This document shows positions 8,946-18,420 of a stretch of DNA of 64,000 bases, piece by piece (the stretch's first letter is position 1; the number at the start of each line of letters is the position of its first letter). Under the pieces are notes generated by a model. It did not search any database and had not been told where the DNA came from. It worked only from the letters and a program-made list of their open reading frames with translations. The position numbers and the translations under genes are program-made. Source of the DNA: Candidatus Amarobacillus elongatus (GTDB taxonomy: Bacteria; Chloroflexota; Dehalococcoidia; Tepidiformales; Tepidiformaceae); contig JADJBX010000001.1 in NCBI GenBank assembly GCA_016703545.1, forward strand, positions 643,186 through 707,185, written 5' to 3'.

Positions 8946-9022
8946 TGGGGCGAGCGGAGGGGTTCGAACCCTCGATCTTCTGGGCCACAACCAGACGCGT
9001 TAACCACTACGCTACGCCCGCC
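8946..9022 (-). tRNA. tRNA-His (anticodon GTG) with encoded G-1 and CCA
   Basis: Hand-folded cloverleaf. Acceptor GCGGGCG/CGCTCGC has one G-U pair. D-arm is GCGT/ACGC. Anticodon stem TCTGG/CCAGA carries loop TTGTGGC. Variable loop is AGATC. T-arm is GAGGG-TTCGAAC-CCCTC. The extra 5' G pairs with discriminator C73, which is diagnostic for His. Confidence 0.93.
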
Positions 9023-9093
9023 ACCTGTATCCAATGGTAGCAGAGGGCCCGTTCTGCGGAAGTGCGGGCGGCGCCTGGCCGGCAGGATGCGCG

Positions 9094-9351
9094 CTAGCCC
9101 ACGCGGGTGCCCGGCGCCGGCGGCACATCGACCACTGGAGGCGATGGCGGAGCGGTGACAGGCGGGAGGGGCGGCGTCTGCGTGGGCGGCAGCGGCTCCT
9201 GGGGCACCGGGGGCCGCGGCGGCGTGGGCGTGGGGTCCAACGGCTCCGGCGCGCGTGGGGGGATGGTCATGAAGAGGGAATACCCCGGCTCGCCGAAGGC
9301 GAGCATTCCCAGCCCCGGCGCCGGAACGGCAACGAAGGTCGCGGACGTCAT
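9094..9351 (-). CDS. Hypothetical Pro-rich protein (85 aa), weakly supported
   Basis: High GC3 in this frame and a Pro-rich C-terminal half (PTPTPPRPPVPQEPLPPTQTPPLPP). There is no recognisable RBS and no family recognised. Confidence 0.25.
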   Translation of the reverse strand: MTSATFVAVPAPGLGMLAFGEPGYSLFMTIPPRAPEPLDPTPTPPRPPVPQEPLPPTQTPPLPPVTAPPSPPVVDVPPAPGTRVG

Positions 9352-9453
9352 CGTGTGAGTGTCCGGCGCGGCGGCGGTAGGGAAGATGGGCGGCAGGGCG
9401 ATGGGGATTGCGAATTCGTAGAAAGAGCGGCCAGGAGAGCTTGCGTCGCGCTA

Positions 9454-9494
9454 ATGAGACTGAGTATCATCTCGCTATCGATACTTCATCTCAT
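9454..9494 (+). promoter_or_regulatory. AT-rich imperfect inverted repeat immediately upstream of znuA (candidate metalloregulator operator)
   Basis: ATGAGACTGAGTAT-N13-ATACTTCATCTCAT. The arms match in 11 of 14 positions as an inverted repeat. It ends 1 nt before the first in-frame ATG (9495). Locally AT-rich in a GC-rich genome. Confidence 0.35.
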
Positions 9495-9506
9495 ATGGAG
9501 CGCCCC

Positions 9507-10445
9507 ATGCGACGTCTCGCCCTCCTGGCTCTCACCCTCGCGGCTGCCCTGGTGCTGCCGTTCGCGGCCGCCTGCGGGGGCGATGATGGCGGCGGCGGCA
9601 GCGGCAAGCTCTCGGTGATCGCGACGATCGCGCCCGTCGGGGCGCTGGTGACGGCCGTGGCGGGCGACGATGCGGACGTTCGCGTGCTGGTGCCCGCAGG
9701 CGTCGATCCCCACGACTACGAGCTCAAGGCGTCGGATCGGCGGGCCGTGGAGCGCGCGAAGGTGCTGTTCCGGAACGGGCTGGGCATCGACGCATTCCTC
9801 GACAGCGCGATCGCCGACAGCAAGGGCACGGTGATCACCGTGACGGACGGCCTCGCGCTGCGGGCCGCGGACGGGAGCGCGCACGCAGCGGGGGACAGCC
9901 ACGACCACGAAGGGGAGGACGACCCGCACGCCTGGCACGACATCGACAACGACCGGGCGATGGTGCGCGCGATTGTCGAGGCGCTGGTGGCGGCGGACCC
10001 GGCGCATGAGGCGGGGTACCGGCAGCGCGGCGCCGCGTACGACCAGCGGCTGACGGCCGTGGACGCGGAGATCCGTGCGCTCATCGCCACCATCCCGCCC
10101 GCCAACCGGAAGGTGGTCACGAACCACGACGCGATCGGCTACTTTCTCGACCGGTACGGGCTGGAGTTCGTTGGCGCGGTCATCCCCGGGACTTCGACGC
10201 AGTCGGAACCATCGTCGAAGGAGATCGCGGCGCTGGTGGACACGATTCGGCGCGAAGGGGTGAAGGCGATCTTCGCCGATAGCTCCGTAGACCCCAAGAT
10301 TGCGCGGCAGATCGCGGCGGATACGGGGGCGCGCATCGTGGACGACATCTACGGCGATTCGCTTGGCCCGGCGGGCTCGGGCGCGGAAACGGTCGACGGC
10401 ATGCTGCTTTCGAACGCCCGCAGGATCGCGGAGGCGTTGCGATAG
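9507..10445 (+). CDS. znuA: Metal (probably zinc) ABC transporter substrate-binding lipoprotein, ZnuA/TroA family
   Basis: Lipoprotein signal MRRLALLALTLAAALVLPFAAAC. Cluster-9 SBP core (VIATIAPVGALV...DPHDYEL...DPHAWHD...VTNHDAIGYF...). His/Asp/Glu-rich loop SAHAAGDSHDHEGEDDPHAW is typical of Zn-specific members. An alternative ATG lies at 9495. Confidence 0.85.
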   Translation: MRRLALLALTLAAALVLPFAAACGGDDGGGGSGKLSVIATIAPVGALVTAVAGDDADVRVLVPAGVDPHDYELKASDRRAVERAKVLFRNGLGIDAFLDSAIADSKGTVITVTDGLALRAADGSAHAAGDSHDHEGEDDPHAWHDIDNDRAMVRAIVEALVAADPAHEAGYRQRGAAYDQRLTAVDAEIRALIATIPPANRKVVTNHDAIGYFLDRYGLEFVGAVIPGTSTQSEPSSKEIAALVDTIRREGVKAIFADSSVDPKIARQIAADTGARIVDDIYGDSLGPAGSGAETVDGMLLSNARRIAEALR

Positions 10446-10462
10446 CCGCGCACGTACTCGAA

Positions 10463-11169
10463 CTGGAGGGTGTGGCGGCCGGGTACGGCACCACCTTCGA
10501 ACTGCGCGGCGTGAGCTTCACGGCGCGCGGGGCGACGTCGTTGGGCTGATCGGCGCGAACGGCAGCGGCAAGAGCACGCTGCTCAAGGCGATCGCGGGGG
10601 TGCTGCCGACACGCTCGGGCACGGTGACGCTCGATGGGGCGAACGTCCGCGAACACGCCGCACGGGTCGCCTTCGTGCCACAACGGGAGGACGTGAACTG
10701 GGACTTCCCGGTGACGGCGCGGGATGTCGTGCTCATGGGCCGCTACCGCATGGCCGGATGGTTCCGCCGCCCCGGCCGCGACGACGTGCGGCGGGCCGAG
10801 GCGGCGCTGGAGCGCATAAGGCTCGCGGGCATGGGGAACCGGCACATCAGCCAGTTCAGCGGTGGCCAGCAGCAGCGCATCTTCCTTGCGCGCGCGATCG
10901 TGCAGGAGCCGGCGGTCATCCTGCTGGACGAGCCGTTCACCGGAATCGACGCCCAGAACCGCGAGGTGCTGCACGGCGCGATCAGCGATTTCGCCGCATC
11001 GGGGATGGTCGTGCTGATGGCGACCCATGACCTGGACGAGGTGGCGCAGACCTGTTCGCACGTGTGCTGCCTGCGAGGGCGGCTCGTCGCGTTCGGGCCA
11101 ACGGCGACGACCTATACCCCCGAGAACATGCGCGCGACCTTCGGCGGCCAGGTGGCGGTGTTCGCATGA
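10463..11169 (+). pseudogene. znuC: Metal ABC transporter ATP-binding protein (ZnuC-like); frameshifted as sequenced
   Basis: Walker A GANGSGKST, signature FSGGQQQR and Walker B ILLDEP are in the frame of ORF 10300..11169. The obligatory N-terminal strand LELEGVAAGYGTTFELRGVSFTAR is in another frame that stops at 10547-10549. The two frames join if the G4 run at 10529-10532 is G5 (..FTARGGDVVGLIGANGSGKS). The start codon is uncertain (CTG 10463 or GTG 10472). Confidence 0.8.
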
Positions 11170-12056
11170 ACGCGCTGACGGAGCCGTTGGAGTACGCCTT
11201 CATGCAGCGGGCACTGATCGAGATCGTGCTCGTGGGGTCGCTCTGCGGGCTGGTGGGGTGCTTCGTGGTGCTTCGGGGGCTGGCGTTCATCGGGGACGCA
11301 CTCGCGCACGCGGTCTTCCCCGGGGTCGTGCTCTCGTACATGGCCGAGAAGAGCATCCTCATCGGCGCGTTCGTGTTCGGTGCGTTCACGGCGCTGGGGG
11401 TCGGCATCCTGGCGCGCAGCCGGCGGGTGAGCGAGGACTCGGCGATCGGGGTGATCTTCGCGGCGTTTTTCGCCGTCGGCGTGGTGCTCATCAGCCGCGA
11501 AGCGGGGTTCAAGAAGGACCTGGGTTCGCTGCTGTTCGGGAACGTGCTCGGCGTTTCGCAGAGCGACGTGATGTGGACGGGGATCATCGCGGCGGTGGTG
11601 GCGGGGCTCGTGCTGCTCTTCCTGAAGGAGTTCACGCTCGTGGCCTTCGACGCGACGATGGCGCGCGCCGCGGGCTACCCGGTATTCGCGCTCGACCTGC
11701 TTTTGCTCCTGCTGGTGGCGGCGACGATCGTCGCGAGCCTGCAGACGGTGGGCAACATCCCCATTCTCGCGCTCCTCGTAACGCCGCCCGCGACGGCACG
11801 GCTGCTCACCGACCGGCTGGGGCGAATGATGCTGTACAGCATGGCGACGGCAATCGGGAGCGGGATCGTCGGCCTGTACATCTCGTACCACGCCAACACG
11901 GCGGCGGGCGCGACGATCGTGCTGGTTGCGACGGCGGCGTTCGTGGTCGCGTTCGTGGTCGCGCCGGACCATGGGCTGCTCGCGGGGTGGCTACAGGGAC
12001 GCCGCGGCAAGCACCACGTGCACCATTACCACCCCGTCGACGAGGAAGTCGGATAG
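11166..12056 (+). CDS. znuB: Metal ABC transporter permease (ZnuB-like)
   Basis: ATG 11166 overlaps the znuC stop (ATGA). MNALTEPLEYAFMQRALIEIVLVGSLCGLVGCFVVLRGLAFIGDALAHAVFPGV is a typical ABC-3 permease. Confidence 0.88.
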   Translation: MNALTEPLEYAFMQRALIEIVLVGSLCGLVGCFVVLRGLAFIGDALAHAVFPGVVLSYMAEKSILIGAFVFGAFTALGVGILARSRRVSEDSAIGVIFAAFFAVGVVLISREAGFKKDLGSLLFGNVLGVSQSDVMWTGIIAAVVAGLVLLFLKEFTLVAFDATMARAAGYPVFALDLLLLLLVAATIVASLQTVGNIPILALLVTPPATARLLTDRLGRMMLYSMATAIGSGIVGLYISYHANTAAGATIVLVATAAFVVAFVVAPDHGLLAGWLQGRRGKHHVHHYHPVDEEVG

Positions 12057-13572
12057 CGGCGGAAACGGAACGGGCCCGCGGGGTGATCCGCGGGCCCGCA
12101 CGTGGAAAGCCGGGTGCCGTCGTCAGGCGACGGGGCAGGTATCCGGGAGCGAGGTCTCCCATGAGGAAGGCGTCGATGCCGCGGGCGGCCTGGCGGCCTT
12201 CGGCGATCGCCCAGACGATGAGCGACTGGCCGCGCGTCATGTCGCCGGCGGTGAAGACACCCGCGACGCTGGTCATCTTGTTCTCATCGGCGCGGACGTT
12301 GCCGCGTTCCGTGAGTTCGACGCCGAGCTGTTCGAGCATGCCGGGCTTCTCGGGGCCGAGGAAGCCCATGGCGAGGAGGAGGAGGTCGCACTCCTCTTCG
12401 AACTCGGTCCCCGGGATCTCCTTCATCACCGGGCGGCCGTTCTCGTTCACGAATTCGACGCGGATGCCGTGGAGCTTCTTGAGCACGCCGTTTTCGCCGC
12501 TGAGGCGGGTGGTCGAGATTGAGTAGTCACGGGTACCGCCTTCTTCGTGCGCGGAGGAAACGCGGTAGACCATCGGGAAGCTCGGCCACGGCTGCGTCTC
12601 CGGGCGGCTCGAAGGCGGCTTCGGCAGCAGCTCGTATTGCAGGACTTCAGTCGCGCCCTGGCGGAGGGCGGTGCCGAGGCAGTCGGCGCCGGTGTCGCCG
12701 CCGCCGAGGATGATGACGCGCTTGCCCTTCGCGGAGATGAATTCGCCCTCGGGGATTTCGTCGCCCGCGTTCCGCTTGTTCTGCTGCGTCAGGTACTCCA
12801 TCGCAAAGTGGACGCCCTTGAGGTCACGGCCTTCGACGGGGAGGTTGCGGGGGTTGGCGGCGCCGCCGGCGAGGCAGACGGCATCGAACTGGGTTTGCAG
12901 TTCGCGCACGTCCATGTCGACGCCCATGTGCACGCCAGGCTTGAAGGTGACGCCCTCGGCCTCCATCTGCGCGAGGCGGCGGTCGAGGAAGCGCTTCTCC
13001 ATCTTGAAATCCGGGATGCCGTAGCGGAGGAGGCCGCCGATGCGGTCGTCGCGTTCGAAGACGGTCACGTCGTGGCCGGCGCGGGCGAGCTGCTGCGCGC
13101 AGGCGAGGCCGGCGGGGCCGGAGCCGATGACGGCGACGGTCTTGCCGGTGCGGAAGGCGGCGGGCTGCGGCTTCACCCAGCCCTCGTCCCAGGCGCGCTC
13201 GATGATCGTGAGCTCGACCTGCTTGATGGTCACCGGGTCGTTGTTGATGCCGAGGACGCAGGCGGATTCGCAGGGCGCCGGGCAGAGGCGGCCGGTGAAC
13301 TCGGGGAAGTTGTTGGTGGCGTGCAGGCGGGCGATCGCCTCCTGCCAGCGGTCCCGGTACACGAGGTCGTTCCAGTCCGGGATGATGTTCCCGACGGGGC
13401 AGCCCTGGTGGCAGAAGGGGATGCCGCAGTCCATGCAGCGGGCGGCCTGGTCGCGAAGGCGCTGCCTGGGGAAGTCCTCATAGACCTCGAGCCAGTCGTG
13501 AACGCGCTCGCCCACGGGGCGGCGGGTGGGAGTCTCGCGGGAGAACTCCATGAAACCGGTTGGCTTAGCCAC
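11806..13572 (-). CDS. gltD: Glutamate synthase small (NADPH) subunit GltD; as-sequenced ORF over-runs the probable true stop at 12123
   Basis: GTG 13572 gives (M)[12 protein letters not shown], the canonical GltD N-terminus. Also present: [13 protein letters not shown] Fe-S motifs and [10 protein letters not shown] / GGGDTGADC nucleotide-binding motifs. After ...GIDAFLMG the frame turns Arg/Pro-rich and overlaps znuB by 250 nt. Removing one G from the GGG at 12158-12160 gives ...[14 protein letters not shown]-stop (TGA 12125..12123), just upstream of the hairpin. Confidence 0.88.
   Translation of the reverse strand: MAKPTGFMEFSRETPTRRPVGERVHDWLEVYEDFPRQRLRDQAARCMDCGIPFCHQGCPVGNIIPDWNDLVYRDRWQEAIARLHATNNFPEFTGRLCPAPCESACVLGINNDPVTIKQVELTIIERAWDEGWVKPQPAAFRTGKTVAVIGSGPAGLACAQQLARAGHDVTVFERDDRIGGLLRYGIPDFKMEKRFLDRRLAQMEAEGVTFKPGVHMGVDMDVRELQTQFDAVCLAGGAANPRNLPVEGRDLKGVHFAMEYLTQQNKRNAGDEIPEGEFISAKGKRVIILGGGDTGADCLGTALRQGATEVLQYELLPKPPSSRPETQPWPSFPMVYRVSSAHEEGGTRDYSISTTRLSGENGVLKKLHGIRVEFVNENGRPVMKEIPGTEFEEECDLLLLAMGFLGPEKPGMLEQLGVELTERGNVRADENKMTSVAGVFTAGDMTRGQSLIVWAIAEGRQAARGIDAFLMGDLAPGYLPRRLTTAPGFPRAGPRITPRARSVSAAIRLPRRRGGNGARGACRGVPVATPRAAHGPARPRTRPRTPPSQPARSSRPPPCWRGTRCTGRRSRSRLPSPCCTASFAPAGR
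12071..12098 (-). terminator. Hairpin terminator between convergent znuB and gltD
   Basis: Perfect 11-bp stem CGGGCCCGCGG/CCGCGGGCCCG with a 6-nt loop. On the minus strand it is followed by UUCCGUUUCC. It lies inside the as-sequenced 3' extension of the gltD ORF. Confidence 0.6.
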
Positions 13573-16500
13573 GGGCAGCCCCCACCGCGGGGCCAGCCTG
13601 GCCCTCCTGCTGGCCGGCGTTCTCGCGAGCCTTGCGCTGCTCGTTGAGGACGCGCCGGTATTCGTTCGGCATGACTTTGACGAACCGCTGCGCGGAGGCG
13701 GGCCAATCGACCAGCAGGTCCTGGGCGACGGTGCTCCCGGTGTATTCGATGTGGCGTTCGAGGAGGCCGTGGACGAGTTCGAGGTCTTCGTGCTCTTCCA
13801 GGCGCTCGAGGCTCACCATCTCCATGTTGCAGTGGTTCGCGAAGGTGCCGTCCTCGTCGTAGACGTAGGCGACGCCGCCGCTCATGCCCGCGCCGAAGTT
13901 TCGGCCGGTGCGGCCAATGACGACGACGCGGCCACCGGTCATGTATTCGCAGCAGTGGTCCCCGGTACCTTCGACGACGGCGACGGCACCGGAGTTGCGA
14001 ACGGCGAACCGCTCGCCGGCGACGCCGCGGACGAAGGCGGCGCCGCTCGTCGCACCGTAGAGGGCGACGTTGCCGATGAGGATGTTCGCCTCGGGGACGA
14101 ACGTGGCCTCGGCGGGCGGACGGACGATGATTTTGCCGCCGGAGAGGCCCTTGCCGACGTAGTCGTTGGTGTCGCCGATGAGCCGCAGGGTCATGCCGGA
14201 GGGCACGAAGGCGCCGAAGCTCTGGCCGGCCGAGCCGTGGAAGGTGATGTCGATGGTGTCATCGGGCAGGCCGTTATTGCCGTAGCGGCGGGTGAGCTCG
14301 CTGCCCGTGATCGTGCCGACGGTGCGGTTCACGTTGCGAATCGGGATCTCGAAGGAGACGCGCTCGCTCCGTTCGAGAGCGGGCTCGACGCGCGCGAGGA
14401 TCTCCTGGTCGAGGGCCTTGTCGAGGCCGTGGTCCTGCGGGATGACGCAGCGCGTGGCCACTTCATCGGCGAGGGCCGGGCGGTAGAGGATGGCCGAGAG
14501 GTCCAGCCCCTGGGCCTTCCAGTGATCGACGGCGCGGCGCATATCGAGGATGTCGCTGCGGCCGACCATCTCCTCGAAGCTGCGGAACCCGAGCTGCGCC
14601 ATGTACTCGCGCACTTCCTCGGCGATGAACCGGAAGAAGTTGACGACGTGCTCGGCGCGGCCGGCGAACTTCTCGCGCAGGACCGGGTTCTGGGTGGCGA
14701 TGCCCACCGGGCAGGTGTCGAGGTGGCAGACGCGCATCATGACGCAGCCCATGACGACGAGCGGGGCGGTGGCGAAGCCGAACTCCTCGGCCCCAAGGAG
14801 GGCGCCGATGACGACATCGCGGCCGGTCTTCATCTGGCCATCGACCTGCACGACGATGCGGTCGCGGAGCTTGTTGAGGACGAGCGTCTGCTGGGTCTCG
14901 GCGAGGCCGAGCTCCCACGGGGCGCCGGCGTGCTTGATGGAGGTGAGCGGGCTGGCGCCGGTACCACCGTCGTACCCGGAGATGAGGACGACGTCGGACT
15001 TGGCCTTCGCCACACCCGCGGCGACGGTGCCCACGCCGACCTCGGCCACGAGCTTCACGCTGCACGCGGGCACGCGGGTTGGAGTTCTTGAGGTCGTGGA
15101 TGAGCTGGGCGAGGTCCTCGATGGAGTAGATGTCGTGGTGCGGGGGCGGACTGATGAGGCCGACGCCGGGGGTGGCGTGGCGCACCTCGGCGATCCACGG
15201 GTAGACCTTGTGGCCGGGAGCTGGCCGCCCTCGCCGGGCTTGGCGCCCTGCGCCATCTTGATCTGCAGCTCATCGGCGTTGACCAGGTATTCGCTGGTCA
15301 CGCCGAAGCGGCCGGACGCGACCTGCTTGATCGCGCTGCGGCGGAGGTCGCCGTTGGCATCGGGTTGGAAGCGGCGGCGGTCTTCGCCGCCTTCGCCGGT
15401 GTTGCTGCGGCCGCCGATGCGGTTCATGGCGATGGCGAGCGTCTCGTGGGCCTCGGCGGAGATGGAGCCGTAGCTCATTGCGCCGGTGGCGAAACGCTTG
15501 AACAGCTGGTCCGCGGATTCCACTTCCTCGATCGGCACGGGCTGGCGGTCGGCCTTGAAATCGAAGAGGCCGCGGAGCGTGGCCATGCGCTCGCTCTGCT
15601 CGTTGACCATGCGCGTGTATTCGCGGAAGACGTCCATCTGCCCCGTGCGCGTCGAATGCTGGAGGCGGAAGACGGTCTCGGGGTTGAAGAGGTGGTACTC
15701 GCCGTCCCGGCGCCACTGGTACTGGCCGCCCCAGTCGAGCTCTTCCAGGCCGCCATCGCGATCGGGGAAGGCGCGCGCGTGGTGGGCCATCGCCTCGACG
15801 GCGACCTCGTCGATGCCGATGCCGCCGATGCGCGAAACGGTCTTCGTGAAGTAGCGGTCGATGAACTCGTCGTTCAGGCCGATGGCTTCGAAGATCTGGG
15901 CGCCGCGGTAGCTCTGGATGGTCGAGATGCCCATCTTCGACATGACCTTGACGACGCCCTTCTTGATGGCCTTGAGGTAGTGCTTCGTGGCCTCGTCCGG
16001 GGTCATCTGGACTTCGAGGTAGCCCTCGTCCAGGAGGTCGTGGATGGTGTCGATGGCGAGGTACGGGTTGATGGCGCCGGCGCCGTAGCCGATGAGCAGG
16101 GCGAAGTGGTGCACTTCGCGCGCTTCGCCGGTTTCGAGGATGAGGCCGACCTGGGTGCGCTTCTTTTCGCGCACGAGGTGGTTGTGCAGGCCGGCGACGG
16201 CGAGCAGCGCGGGAATGGGCGCGGATTCGGCGGTGACGCCGCGGTCGCTGAGGATGAGGACCTTGGCGCCGTTGGCGATGGCGCGGTCGGCCTGCGCGTA
16301 CAGCTCCTCCATGGCCGGGGCGAGCCCGGCGGGGCCGGCCTTGGCGGGGAAGAGGATGGGCAGGACGGTGGCGCGGAGCGCGGAATCGCGCAGCGCCTTG
16401 AACTGCGCCAACTGCTCGTTATCGATGAACGGCGACTCGAGGCTGATGAGGTGGCAGCTTTCGGGCTCGGAATCGAGGAGGTTGCCCTCGGGACCGATGA

Positions 16501-18136
16501 CCGTCTTCACGGAGGTCACGAGCTCTTCGCGAATGGCATCGAGCGGCGGGTTCGTGACCTGGGCGAAGAGCTGTTTGAAGTAGTTGTAGAGCGGCTGGGG
16601 GCGGTCGGAGAGCACCGCCAGCGGCGTATCCGTGCCCATGGAGCCGAGGGCTTCCTCGGAGTTGCGCGCCATGGGGGTGAGGACGTACTTGAGGTCCTCG
16701 ACGGTGTAGCCGAAGGCGAGCTGCTGTTCGAGCAGCTGCTTGCCGCCGAAGGAGGCCACGGGCTCGCCGGGAGGGGCCGCATCGAGCGGGAGAAGGTTGT
16801 TCTTGAGCCACTCGCCGTAAGGGCGGTCGGTGGCGAGCTTATTCTTGAGTTCCGCGTCATCGATGATGCGGCCTTCTTCGAGGCTGACGAGGAACATCTT
16901 GCCCGGCTGCAGGCGGCCCTTGTGGAGCACGCGCTCGGGCTCGATGGGGAGCACGCCGACTTCGGACGCCATGATCACCAGGTCGTCCTTGGTGACGTAG
17001 TAGCGCGAAGGGCGGAGGCCGTTGCGGTCGAGGACGGCACCGATGTTCTTGCCATCGGTGAAGGCGACGGAGGCGGGGCCGTCCCACGGCTCCATCAGGC
17101 AGCTGTGGTATTCGTAGAACGCCTTCTTCTCGGCGCTCATGGACTCATGGCCGCTCCACGCCTCGGGGATGAGCATCATCATCGCGTGCGGGAGCGGGCG
17201 GCCGGCGAGCACGAGCAGCTCGAGGGCGTTATCGAGGCAGGCGGTGTCGCTCCCCTTCTCGTCGATGATGGGGAGGATCTTGTGGATGTCGTCGAAAAGC
17301 GGCGAATCCATGAGCGCTTCGCGCGCGGTCATCCAGTTGATGTTGCCGCGCAGGGTGTTGATTTCGCCGTTGTGCGAAACCATGCGGTAGGGGTGCGCGA
17401 GCCGCCAGCTGGGGAAGGTGTTCGTGCTGAAGCGGGAGTGGAACATCGCCAGCGCGCTGATTAGGCGGGGGTCGCCCAGGTCCGGGAAGTACGCGCGGAG
17501 CTGGGTGGCCGTGAGCATGCCCTTATAGACGAGGGTGCGGCAGCTGAGGCTGGCGAAGTAGAAGTATTCGTGGTCTTCGATGCCGTAGCGCGCGATCGCC
17601 TTTTCGAACCGCTTGCGGATGACATAGAGCTTGCGTTCGAAGGCGTCGTCATCGGCGACCTGGCTGTCCCGGCCAATGAAGACGTGCAGCATGGACGGCT
17701 CGACGGCGCGGGCGGTGGCGCCGACGTCGCTGTTGTTGGTGGGCACATCGCGCCAGCCGAGGAGGTGCTGGCCCTCTTCCTCGACGATCGCCGTGAGGAG
17801 AGCCTGCGCCTGCTGGCGGGCGCGGGGATTGGGAGCCGCGAAAAAGAGGCCGACACCGTAGTGGCCGGCCTCGGGGAGGCGGATGCCAAGGGCGGCGCAT
17901 TCACGACGGAAGAACTCGTGCGGGACCTGGATGAGGATGCCGGCGCCATCGCCGGTGTTCACTTCGCAGCCGCAGGCGCCGCGGTGGTCCAGGTTCTCGA
18001 GGGCAGTGAGGCCGTCGGTGACGATCTGATGGGAACGCTGTCCCTTCAGGTGCACGATGAAGCCGACGCCGCAGCTGTCGTGCTCGTGCCGAGGGTCATA
18101 GAGGCCCTGGGGGCCGGGCTGTCCGGGGTGCACCAT
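13565..18136 (-). CDS. gltB: Glutamate synthase large subunit GltB (contains a ~50-codon out-of-frame patch, see findings)
   Basis: ATG 18136 gives [28 protein letters not shown] (Ntn amidotransferase Cys1 context). The central, FMN and GXGXG domains are recognisable throughout. Its stop overlaps the gltD start by 8 nt. Confidence 0.92.
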   Translation of the reverse strand: MVHPGQPGPQGLYDPRHEHDSCGVGFIVHLKGQRSHQIVTDGLTALENLDHRGACGCEVNTGDGAGILIQVPHEFFRRECAALGIRLPEAGHYGVGLFFAAPNPRARQQAQALLTAIVEEEGQHLLGWRDVPTNNSDVGATARAVEPSMLHVFIGRDSQVADDDAFERKLYVIRKRFEKAIARYGIEDHEYFYFASLSCRTLVYKGMLTATQLRAYFPDLGDPRLISALAMFHSRFSTNTFPSWRLAHPYRMVSHNGEINTLRGNINWMTAREALMDSPLFDDIHKILPIIDEKGSDTACLDNALELLVLAGRPLPHAMMMLIPEAWSGHESMSAEKKAFYEYHSCLMEPWDGPASVAFTDGKNIGAVLDRNGLRPSRYYVTKDDLVIMASEVGVLPIEPERVLHKGRLQPGKMFLVSLEEGRIIDDAELKNKLATDRPYGEWLKNNLLPLDAAPPGEPVASFGGKQLLEQQLAFGYTVEDLKYVLTPMARNSEEALGSMGTDTPLAVLSDRPQPLYNYFKQLFAQVTNPPLDAIREELVTSVKTVIGPEGNLLDSEPESCHLISLESPFIDNEQLAQFKALRDSALRATVLPILFPAKAGPAGLAPAMEELYAQADRAIANGAKVLILSDRGVTAESAPIPALLAVAGLHNHLVREKKRTQVGLILETGEAREVHHFALLIGYGAGAINPYLAIDTIHDLLDEGYLEVQMTPDEATKHYLKAIKKGVVKVMSKMGISTIQSYRGAQIFEAIGLNDEFIDRYFTKTVSRIGGIGIDEVAVEAMAHHARAFPDRDGGLEELDWGGQYQWRRDGEYHLFNPETVFRLQHSTRTGQMDVFREYTRMVNEQSERMATLRGLFDFKADRQPVPIEEVESADQLFKRFATGAMSYGSISAEAHETLAIAMNRIGGRSNTGEGGEDRRRFQPDANGDLRRSAIKQVASGRFGVTSEYLVNADELQIKMAQGAKPGEGGQLPATRSTRGSPRCATPPPASASSVRPRTTTSTPSRTSPSSSTTSRTPTRVPACSVKLVAEVGVGTVAAGVAKAKSDVVLISGYDGGTGASPLTSIKHAGAPWELGLAETQQTLVLNKLRDRIVVQVDGQMKTGRDVVIGALLGAEEFGFATAPLVVMGCVMMRVCHLDTCPVGIATQNPVLREKFAGRAEHVVNFFRFIAEEVREYMAQLGFRSFEEMVGRSDILDMRRAVDHWKAQGLDLSAILYRPALADEVATRCVIPQDHGLDKALDQEILARVEPALERSERVSFEIPIRNVNRTVGTITGSELTRRYGNNGLPDDTIDITFHGSAGQSFGAFVPSGMTLRLIGDTNDYVGKGLSGGKIIVRPPAEATFVPEANILIGNVALYGATSGAAFVRGVAGERFAVRNSGAVAVVEGTGDHCCEYMTGGRVVVIGRTGRNFGAGMSGGVAYVYDEDGTFANHCNMEMVSLERLEEHEDLELVHGLLERHIEYTGSTVAQDLLVDWPASAQRFVKVMPNEYRRVLNEQRKARENAGQQEGQAGPAVGAARG

Positions 18137-18227
18137 GTTCTTCAATCCAGCCGGGACTCCCAAACCGTACCGATCTCGGGGAATGCGCGTAGCCGAGGCG
18201 GTGCCGTTGTGCGGCTGTCTCCCGCGA

Positions 18228-18245
18228 TTGTGAAACAATTCCCAA
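18228..18245. promoter_or_regulatory. Rex-operator-like site in the gltB / aminotransferase divergent region
   Basis: TTGTGAAACAATTCCCAA versus the published Rex operator consensus TTGTGAA-N4-TTCACAA. The left half matches 7/7 and the right half 6/7. It lies 92-109 nt upstream of the gltB ATG. Confidence 0.5.
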
Positions 18246-18420
18246 AGTATGAGGTGCGGCTTGGTGAGCCCCCAGTATAACAGCCGCGTCAACTCGCCCG
18301 TCGAGGTCTGATTGTTTCGGGCACATTAACTCCAATACGCCGCATCGCCCCCGCTTATGACGCGTCGAGGAGGCTCGGCCGCCACCGTATACTGGCGGGT
18401 ATTCGCTCCGGAGGACCGCC

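Noticed and set aside
9107-9358. Gly-rich plus-strand ORF (83 aa) opposite the Pro-rich ORF.
   Set aside because: It is the complement of a Pro-rich frame (GGN/CCN symmetry), with lower GC3 than the minus-strand frame.
13526-17464. Long plus-strand ORFs (13526..15091, 15365..17464) opposite gltB, and similar ones elsewhere: 36307..38313, 47541..49709, 50001..52664, 53640..55514, 4520..6034, 25997..27985, 61619..63857.
   Set aside because: They are antisense to well-conserved genes. Their translations are Gly/Ala/Arg/Asp/Glu-rich with no motifs. Stop-free antisense frames are expected at this GC content.
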